DNA of 61,721 nt, counting the filler, from Catajapyx aquilonaris (Eukaryota), in the NCBI GenBank assembly GCA_000934665.2. It is 2 parts of 2 records of this genome, joined end to end, with 100 filler letters (N's around TTAATTAATTAA, not from the genome) between each part and the next. Parts side by side here need not be neighbours in the genome. Positions count along the whole stretch, not along the records: positions 1 to 31,130 come from JYFJ02004633.1; 1 more part is not named here. One strand, 5' to 3'. This document shows, piece by piece, positions 13,505 through 24,000 of the stretch; the stretch's first letter is position 1; each line of letters starts with the position of its first letter. The notes beneath the pieces were generated by a model. It ran no database searches. It was given only the letters and a program-made list of their open reading frames with translations, and had not been told where the DNA came from. The translations under genes and the position numbers were made by a program.

Positions 13505-14482
13505 TATATGCCAGATCGAATTGTAATCGCCGGATCTTCAAAACTCAGCCAAGGTCATCTCTGTCAATCAATGACTATGAATCAACCCACGTAATAATTG
13601 GACTCCCAGTGCCTTTTAGGCTGGGTTGCACAATTGCAGGTTCCAACAGGGTTTCGAGTAAACTCTGCAACGGTGCCTGGCCTTAGGGGGACCATAACTT
13701 CAATGGTGATGGGTTCTAAGAATGAGAGGAAAACAAGAAAGCCCTCAGAAAACTACATGAACACAGAGACAACCCATTTAAACTATTTCCACATGGAAAA
13801 ATCCTATTTGGGATGCAGAAAACAAACATGGAACCTGAGGTGGTATCTTGACGGCTGTTGTCTAACTACTATGCCACCCTGCCACTCTTCAAGTCTTGGC
13901 ACATTCCACTTTTTCAACCTTCCTCCACTATCTCTACTCCCACAGCACCATCTTTATCCACACAATACTCTGTTTTTCTATTAATACTCTGACATTACAC
14001 AGAATCCATGTGAGCAAAGGTGGCCCGGTGGTGAAATGGTCTACACCATAACATCCGAGGTCTTGAATTTGATTTCCAGGTGGGACAGAAGATTTTCTAA
14101 TTTGGGAAGAGTTTTCATCAGCTGTCTCTGTGTTCACATAGGTTTTACATATCAGGGTTTTTCCCATTGCCTTCCACAGTTAAAATTCATCATCATTGAG
14201 GTATGAATCAAGTCAGGCAATTCAGAGATTATTCTCTAAGAGGCCATCATCTGGGCATACAGTTATTAAACCATAGAAGCATTATGTGCGAGCAAAGGCA
14301 CATCTTTTCCTAGTGTGGAGTAAAAATTTCCGAGTTGAGTAAAGTTTGTGCCTTTAAACTTTGGTTTCACCTTGCATTGAATATCCACTTACATGTGTCT
14401 ACTAATGGAGCTATCACAGGATAACAATTTGAAAACATCATCACTGAACCATTTCTCTCATTGCCTCTTACTTCCTCAGAGT

Positions 14483-14604
14483 ACCTGGTGTCCAACTAGA
14501 ATTGTCGCAAGCGGCAGCGCACGAACTACAGTCTCTCGTATACCTGTGCTCGTAGATTGTAGTTCGTGAGCTGCCGCTGCGACAATTCTTGTTGGACTGA
14601 TAGT
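14483..14604. mobile_element. Small palindromic MITE
   Basis: GTCCAACTAGAATTGTCGCAAGCGGCAGCGCACGAACTACA is inverted to TGTAGTTCGTGAGCTGCCGCTGCGACAATTCTTGTTGGAC; GTAC flanks both sides. Confidence 0.7.
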
Positions 14605-15044
14605 ACCAATTACAGAAAATAAAAAGTTTCATGTAAGCAAATAAAGGATTCCTGCCAGATGAGGGGGAATTGTGTACCATCAAAGCTACTCTCCAATAGC
14701 TTCTCAACCTATGGATATAATTCCCATTTACGATCTATCTTGACTGTAGTAATGAGGAGGTATTTGTAAAATGCCTCAGGTGTGACGTTCAAGGTCATGA
14801 AGCTGGTCAAGTCTTGTCTGTGAGATATTTGGAGTTACTGCATACTCCACCTTGTGTGTACAAGACTTCACCTTTTCCCCCAAAAGTATAAATAAAGGAT
14901 ATACTGTCAGCATCAAATCAAGAGATTCATGACATGCCCTTTCATATATTGCAATTTGGTTTGGCACAGTAAGAATCTCCCTGAGTTTCATAAATTCCCG
15001 CATAAACCTGGACCCTGTAATGCAACCAGCCTACTATTACCGCA

Positions 15045-18000
15045 TTATGTGGTGTAGGTCTCCATGAAGATGCAAGCCTCTTCATACAAGAAAAACTGCA
15101 GCCCACTGCTTACAGTTGCTTTCAGAAGACTGGGTGACAATCCTTTGTAAAAGGAAAGAAAGCCCTCACGCATCCAGATCTTCCTCATGCAGTCTAGCAT
15201 GCCTTGATAGGCTTCTACCTGTGAAAAAATAAGGCTGTAACACCACAGAAGGTATGAAACTATCCATTACAGCTTACATATCCAAATGGTTTGCGAGCCA
15301 CTTCAAACCCTTGGACCTGAAGTCGCTTCTTGAGTACTTCAAAAGGATAGGTCGACAGCTTGGCTGTTGCTCCTGAGCAACCACCGCAGAGAATGCTGGC
15401 CACAGCTTTCATCTCTTCTGAATCTGAAAAACATCATATGTAGAGTGGAGAAACAGAGGGTATACAGTCTCATTCATAAAGAATGGTACAACTCTATGGA
15501 CAAAATGTTTATCCTGATTATCCAGCATTATTCCCAACCTTATTTCGATGAAACCCTTTGGACAACTTTTTCTGGACCTCTGGTGACTCACATGACCCAT
15601 CCCTTACACTTAGATATTAGACCTTACAGATTGCCATTCCCTAACAGAATTGTCATCTCTTTTAACCCTTTGAAGACAGAGTTTTTCAGCCATTGCCTTA
15701 CCCCAGGTCCGTAGCTCAGACATCATATGATGTTCGTAGTCGTCAAAGGGTTAATGTAGATGATACTGAGGCAAAACCTCATTCAGAATGAGGGACATGC
15801 CGAAAGAACCAGGTGGCTCCAGTTTGCCGAGTTGTGAGAAAACAGCAAAAATGTGTTTAAAAAAATCAGAATTCACACCAGAACTGTAAAAATAAATACA
15901 GGTGAACTACTCACAATGGCCCTTAAAATAGTATTAAGTAGTAAGCCTGTAACCAAATAAATCATAAGTAAATAAATTTTAAAATTCGTGGAGCTACGTG
16001 GTTCTTTCACCAAACAACCTATACAGCACGGGAACCTCTCGAAGTTCTAAGCGAACTACATGTTCAAATAATTTTTCATCGGATTCCGCACCTGCTAGAG
16101 AGAAAGCACCCTTCCGAAGATGTCCTTGATCTCAAGCGTTTTTGAGATATGGGGGTCAAAAGGTCAAAAAATAGAACACTTTATGAAAGGCCCTGAAGTT
16201 TAGTGCTATCGGTGAGATTTTTGTACTTAGCGGTTTCTTGGGATGGGGAATCTAATGGAAAATCCGGAAATTGTGAAGTATGCAAGTTAAAGGTGTTTCT
16301 CAGGTTGCGGGATGGTAGGGAGGGGGCGGGGGGTGCCCGGCAAAAAAAATTAATTTAAAAACGGTGATTTCAGCGAGTGGTAGGGTGTGAGCATGGAAGA
16401 AGCCGGGAATGGGTCCGAAGGGCCAGCGACGATCCGTTTCAGAGATGTCAACCTTTCACATCGACAATGTCCATCCTTTCAAGTGTGGATACCCCCGTGC
16501 ATGCTTGCATTCAGTGCCGGATTACCCAATAGGCCGAGTTGGCACCGGCCTATCGGCCCCACGCCTGTTAGGGGCCCTGTGAGAACAGATCAAACGAATA
16601 TTGACTTGATATTGAAAGAAAACTACAATCAAGCTTTCTTAAATATTGTTTCCAGAAGAGAGAAAAAGATCAACTCAAAGAAATGACAATTTTACATTAA
16701 AGTGTAAAGAAAAAGACATCATTGCAATGGTATTGCAGAGGAGGCTGTGCTTCGAGGAAAAGTTCAGTATTGAAACTTACCTACCAATATTTAATACATT
16801 ATGTGCAGTGCTTTCCTGGAATATGGAAGTATACGGTATGACAAAGTTAATTCTCTATTTGGGTTCCTCGTTGAGAAGAGAGCCGCCGAAATTAGAGAAG
16901 CTGCCCAAGATATAGAGAAAATTGAGGGGCTGGGTGCAAGGGCCCATCCTGCACCGAGCAAAAAATGAGATTTAAAAAAAATTAATATATATACTGTAAT
17001 AATGGATACCCTGTGCTAGGCCTCCTTGGGCCTCTTAGGGGATCATCTTTTATTTAACCGACTTTAATCATTGCCTGCGCTGTGATAGATCTTGATTGTG
17101 TGAGGAAACGGGAGAACCCCGAGAAATCCCACGCGAACACGGAGAGAAGCCATCAAAACTCTATCCACGTAAGTATCCTCCGTCCGACCCGGGGATCGAA
17201 CTCGGGACCTTAGAGGTGGAAGGCTGCCGCTTAAACTAAACCCCAGTCACTCCCTATACCAGTGGTTTCCAACCGGGGGTCGCGGGCAGGGTCGCGGGGG
17301 GTCGCGAGTCTTGGTCCAACTTTTATTTTGCAATTTCTGTGTCAATTGAACCATTTTTGCAGCAGTACAGAGTGTATGTTTTCTGGAAAGGGGGTAGTTG
17401 TAGACAGGGCCAGGGGAGGGGGGGGGGGGGATGGCAACTTANTTATGGAAACATGCTTAGGGGGTTGCAGTTGGTAAAAGGTTGGAAACCACTGCCCTAT
17501 ACCAATACATTGCTACCCCCGTGAGCTTAGCTGATCTCCCCCACAGACGGGGGTTTGCCACATACGGCGCTAGAGTCAAGTGCCGAGATGGTGGTGCCTT
17601 ACCTATAGCGACCAACTCTGAACCATTTTGGTCGACTCTGACTGGCTGAGGCCTTTACTACCCCAGCCAATCAGAGTCGACTGAAATGGTTCAGAAGTGG
17701 CCGCTAGGTAAGGCGCCACCATCTTGGCCGACCATGGTTAATCCCCCTCGGTGGGGGAGATCAAGTAAGCTCATGCGAAAAGAGGGAGAGTGACTGGGGG
17801 CTGGTTTAAAGTTCTCGTGGTTTATTGAAATGTGTAATAATGTTGTGTAATATTGTGTAATAATATTTAATAATTATTGTTTAATAACAATGAGATTTTT
17901 TTAAAAATACCCCATGATATGGCCCAAGGCCCTCTTAGGGGGGAAGGGGGGGTTCCCAAGGGAGGGCACTGTGCGGTAGTTATGTCTGACATTCTTTAAA

Positions 18001-21000
18001 CACCAGGCCTTTTCTCCTGGCCATGGGCAGAGTAGGTAGTTCAATTCTGCCCCGGCATGTCGGGTGAAAAGCGGAAAAAGACCCGGCCAAGCAGAGGTGA
18101 CGGGGACGGGATTTGAACCCTGGGCTCCCGCTTGGCTGGCCAGTGGTGTAACCACTGGACCACCATGCCTCCCTATGATAATTTATTTAATAACAATAAT
18201 AATTGTTAATGTTTCCTTTAGTGTAAAAAAATGATTTATTAGAATTGTTGGTTGGTAAAATTTAAAAACATATTACGAGATAATTTGAGAGGGGGGGCCC
18301 AAGATTTGAATGGTCTAGGGGCCTCCACAGGGTTTAATCTGGCACTGCTTGCATTGCTGGTTACCGGAGTCAGGCAGTTCAACTATTATTTGGCGGTGCG
18401 AGCGCCTGACTCCAGCAACCAGCAATGGAGGCATGACTGTGCAGAGGTATCCACACTTGCAAGGATGGACATCGTCGATGTCAAAGGTCGACATCTCATG
18501 TCTCGAGGAAAGCTTGGAGGTACATGATTCTTTGACCAAACTATGGTCAGTTTTTTTCTTCATAGGATCCCATGATTAACCCTTTGAGCCCCAGAATTAT
18601 TAATATTACGACCGAAGCAAGTTGATGTGGTGGTTAAGGAGCCCGACTGCTAATTGAGAGGTCCTGGGTTCGAATCCCGGGGCCCGCAACCCTGACAGTG
18701 GTTATCTGTGGATAATTCTGGGGTTGTTTCCATATAATAGGCCACAGCTGCGTCCTTCCCTATCCTTGGCCCCATCCAATGGTGGTACTCCACCCCCCTA
18801 ATGGAGCGCCGATTCTCCCAATGGGGTATTTAAAATATTAATAATAATAATAAATAATAATAAAAATTAATATTACGTGCATCAGAAAGGTTCAACTGTC
18901 TACTTTTTTTCAATTGCCTTCCTAAAGCGCTGGTTGGGAACCTTCTGACTATCACCTCTTTACTGGACCCTTTATATAAACTTGACAGCAAGTAATACCT
19001 TGTTTGTACATCCCATATTACACTGCTGTGGCAGGTAAAATCAGGGGTGACCATATTGCAGAAAATACAGGGTGAAGGGATTTTCATGCCCAATCGCCAG
19101 GTAGACTGATAGTACTCACAAAACTAATACAGGGTGTTTCAGAGGCACAGGTCAAGCGCGCGCGAGGGGGTGGGGAAAAATCATAGGTGGCGACTACCCG
19201 GGTCGGGTCGGTTTTATAAAACAATGAGAAATACGGCAGTAATCAATTTATTTATTACGACCGTATTGCGTGACTTCACATCCTACTTTCTGTTCGAAGT
19301 GACTGGCGGGGACTGGCAAATGTAAGGCAAATGCATTGGGTTGAACCTGGCTGACGGGTTTTTAGCCTTGCGGGTTGCCCTGAAAAAGGCGCTCTCATGC
19401 TACACCGGTAGGGTACTGTACAAAGTAGTGTGCTACTGTACAGTGGTGTGTTCAGTACCCTGCCGGTGTAGCATGAGAGCGCCTTTTTCAGTGCAACCTG
19501 CACGGCTAAAAACCCGTCAACCAGGTTCAACCCAATGCATTTGCCTTACATTTGCCACTACGCGCCAGTCACTTCGAACAGAAAGTAGGATGTGACGCCA
19601 CGCCGTACGGCCGTAATAAATAAATTGATTACTGCCATATTTCTAATTGTTTTATAAAACCGACCCGGGTAGTCGCCACCTACGATTTTTCCCAGCCCCC
19701 GGACACTTATACTACGTTCTGGTGTTATCACCTGCCGAGGCATTTTGCAGCGGGTGCTCACCTGAGAGCGCCATGAGACATTTAGGGGCCATGATAAGTG
19801 GCAACCCTACCGGACTAGGCTGAACTTTGTAGGTACAAAAGGGGAGGGCTACATTGGGGGGCCCAACATGGCCGTCGGCGGCCATGTTGGGCCAGCATGT
19901 AGCGCTTCCCTTTCGTACCTATAAAGTTCAGCCTAGTCCGGTAGGGTCGCCACTTATCGTAGCCCCTAAATGTCTCATGGCGCTCTCAGGTGAGCACCCG
20001 CTGCGAAATGCCCCGGCAGGGGGTGGGTGGGAGTGACCAGACCTTACTTATATGACCGTGATTTTTCCCCACCTCCTCGCGCGCGCTTGACCCATGACTC
20101 TGAAACACCCAGTATAGGGATGTGCAATTAGTTTTGGCCGCTGTTGCGTAGTTAATGCATATGGCAGCTTCACAATTTTGTGAAGTCACATCCGCTCCAC
20201 CAGCTTCAAGAAGCAAAAGCCAGCTTGAGGGCTTCCAAATAATCCGGTCTTGGGCCCGTCACACATCGTCCAGGTGCAATTGGTGATCAAATCCCGTCAG
20301 AGAAAGAATCCAGGTGCGACATCCGTGCACTTTGTCATTGTTTACCTCATGCCACCACTATAATGGTTCCTTACGCATTAACTATGCAACAGCGCCAAAA
20401 ACTACTTGCACATCCCTATAGTTTTGCGAGTAATATCAGTCTACCTGGCACTTATGCGTGAGAATCCCTTCACCTTGTATACATCAGATGGCTACACCAG
20501 CATTATGGTGTAAAGCAGGGTAGGCCAGTACAGAGCAGTCATATCTACTTTGTGCATGTCAATCCTGGATAATAAAAATGGAATTATCTTTTCAACTCTC
20601 TCACACCCCCAAACACACAAACAATAGTCACAGTATATGCCCTGAATTAATAAGCTTGCTTTATCGCTGTGTAGGACCTAGAATAATTGTTGGATTAACA
20701 ACAATATTATTCCATACCATATGGTGGGCATGAGGTGCCACCTTTGACATTTATCTCCTACTTGTATGGGTAAATGAAATTATATTAAATGGATATACTA
20801 ATCAGATAGTGTCATTGGTTAGTGCCACCTCATGTTCCCACTATACGCCATTGAACATTGAATGGTTTGTTGTAGTTTAATAGTAAATACCAGCAATACA
20901 CAACCACTTTTTTTCTTGTAATCCATACCTGACTGCTGCCATTGGATTGTGACCATTTTGAGGAATGAATAGGCAGCAAACTGAATACCCATGTATGGAG

Positions 21001-24000
21001 CAATCTGGATCAATGTAGGAGTCAGGCCTTTGTAAAAGGCCAGAATTCCCTCATTCTGGTACATGTGCTTCACAGCATGGGCAATCCCATGGTAAACCTG
21101 CAAAATGGACCATTATTAATACCTTGATCCCTAAGCAGTAAGCAATATCCAAATAGCGTTAGTTGCCACAATTACAAACTTCACAAAAAAAAAGGTTACA
21201 CATCCTGCTTGGGTAAATTAAAATGATAGAGGATGCAGATCACATGGTGTATCACTTGGTGTGTGTACAGTCGGTTAAAGGATTTCCTTACCACATCAGG
21301 CGAAGAAATTGGCCTCCAACAGAGGTGCTAGCTAGGGGAGTGTGAGTCATTGCATCAAGGGGAGGCAGCACCTCTGTTGTAGACTTATTTCTTCACCTCA
21401 TGTGGAAAGGAAATCCTTTAACCGACTGTACATACCATGTCGATTAACAATACGAAGTTGATTTTGCATTGAAGTGAAGTGCATCATTGTCTCCATGTTT
21501 TTGAGAGAGATACTATAGTACAGTACTGACCTTTCATTTGATCTTGGTCAAGATACATACATCTAGACATTAAGTCCTGCAATAATTATGATGCCCCTTT
21601 TTAAAAGTAAAGAGTCACCAAATCTGAATGACTTGGGTTCAGGAATTATCAACATGTTATGCAAACATGGAACAGTAATTATTCAGTTTGAATATTGGTA
21701 GTCAAAATCTACATGGGAAAGCTAAATTAAGAGAATCATATTAGTAGAGAATAGGATGTATAAGAATGGTGCATTTGTATGGATGGTGGTTCCTCATTGA
21801 CTGTCATTGACTTCAAGTTTCATGAACAAGTGGCAGATGCCAAGTAATTTTAGAATGCAAAAAACATGACAATTTGATCTGGCTCATGTGGCTTACAGGG
21901 TTAAAAAATTTCACAGAAAAAAGAGTATCTCTTAGCAATACCCTTGCCATGTCTTCAATATTCCCATAATTTCCTTATTTTTACTCTCAATATTCAAACT
22001 GATACTCGAAGCAGTAATATGTATTGTCACCATTTTGAAATGGGATGCACTCATCGAGGCAAATTCACACCCCTTTTGAGCAAGCTATAGAGTATATAAG
22101 AATCTACGGCCTTGGTTTCATTTCACATGATATTAGTGAAATGTCCTTTTCAGGGGCATCATTAAGCTAAAAATTACATCACACTAAAATAAGTGCTGTT
22201 TTCTCAAAAGTAGGCTATGATGAAATGAAACCCCTCCAGTCTTCCCATCCAGGAAGTATGACATATGAGTTCATACAGTAGACTGCCATGTCAAATATTG
22301 GGTGTGATGCAAGTAGTCAAATTTTGATAATATTAATAAAACTATATCATTACAAAAATGCTTTACACATTCCTAACTACTGGTAACAACATATTCTATC
22401 TTGTTGGGAGGCATGGTGGTCTGGTGGTTACGCCACTGGCCAGCCAACGGGAGGCCGGGGTTCAAATCCCGTCCCTGTCACCTCTGCTTGGCCAGGTCTT
22501 TTTCCGCTTTTCACCTGACATGCCGGGGCAGAATTGCACTCCCTACTCTTCCCAGGGCCAGGAGAGAAGGTCTGGTGTATTTCAGCAAGTCAGAAATGAC
22601 TACCGCACAGCGCCCTCCCTTGAGAACCTCCCCTTCTCCCCTAAAAGGGCTCCGCCCTATCACGGGGTAAATATATATTTTAAAAAAAACACACACACAC
22701 ACACACATATTCTATCTTGTTCTTATGGTCATCCACATTCTGCAAACTCCAAGGTTGTAGAGGAATCTGGGCAGACATTCTATGGGAACCAATCACACAG
22801 AGAGTGCATAGATTTTTTATATTCTGATTGGGGGGCATGGTGGTCTAGTGGCTATGCTATTGGCCAGCCAAACGGGAGGTCAGGGGTTCAAATCCCGTCC
22901 CCGTCACCTCTACTTGGTCGGGTCTTTTTCTGCTTTCCCCCCGACATGTCTGGGCAGAAATGCAGAATTGCACTCCCTTCTCTGCCCAGGGCCAGAAGAA
23001 AAGGTCTGGTATTTAACCCTTTGATGCCAGAGTTTTTTTTGGCTGTTTTCTTCTCTTTTTGACCAAAATTAGTAGGAGTGATATTAATGAAAAACAGTAC
23101 CGTATGCTCCAATATTTATCATTTTAACTTGTGGTGGTACTTTGGAATGTAAAATGCCGAAAAAATTCATCTGCAGGGTGTTTCAGAAAAAAATTTAAAG
23201 TGCAATTAACTTTAAACAAAATTTTTAATGTCACTATAAAATACCGAAGCAGGTTGGTGTAGTAGATATGGAGTCCGCCTGCTAATGGGAAAGTCCTGGG
23301 TGCGAAACCTGGGGCCGGCGACCCTGACGTCACATCCTTTCTGTATTCGAATTGACCGGCGCGGACTGGCAGATTCAGTGGTTTGAACCTCGTTGAGTGG
23401 CTTTTTAGCCTTAACGGGTTGCACTGAAAAAGGCACTCTCATGCTACACCAGCAGGGTACTATACAACGTAGTGTACTACTGTAAGTGGTGTGTTCAGTA
23501 CCCTGCCGGTGTAGCATGAGAGCGCCTTTTTCAGTGCAACCCGCAAGGCTAAAAACCCGTTCAACCAGGTTCAAACCACTGAATCTGCCAGTCCGTGCCG
23601 GTCAATTCGAATACAGAAAGGATGTGACGTCGCGCCGTACAGCCGTAATAAATAAATTGATTACTGCCGTATTTCTAATTGTTTTATAAAACCAACCGGG
23701 GTTGTCGCCACCTACGATTTTTCCCCACCCCCTCACGCGCGCTTGACCCGTGACTCTGAAACACCCTGTAGATTGGTCCCTTTAAGAATGCAACCGAGTG
23801 CGAACACTAGTTTGCACAAGACCACCCCCCTTCCCACAACGTTGCCACGTTCACCATGTGCTTGCCTCAGGTGTCCTTTGAGTGGCTCTGGCATTGTCGC
23901 CCACCAGCCCATCAGTATCAGAAATAAGTGTAACGTACAACAGCTTATATTGTGCTTATGCACAGATCACTTCTCATTCCATCCTGTGTGCCATGGGATG

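Larger units (their letters stand above)
12212..13591. mobile_element. mariner-type non-autonomous element with long inverted arms, hosting nested insertions
   Basis: TA|CGTGGGTTGATTAATAAGTCATTG ... CAATGACTATGAATCAACCCACG|TA; the inverted similarity extends inward (GACCTTTGCTGAGTTTTGAA / TTCAAAACTCAGCCAAGGTC). Confidence 0.8.

Noticed and set aside
13934..14167. 77-aa ORF as an exon of a downstream gene
   Set aside because: Largely the reverse strand of a degenerate SINE (related inverted copy at ~13730-13885).
19276..19595. Near-identical ORFs on opposite strands (also 24879-25593)
   Set aside because: Consequence of the palindromic elements, not genes.
22358..23062. 234-aa ORF
   Set aside because: Translation across two SINE copies and an (AC)n tract.
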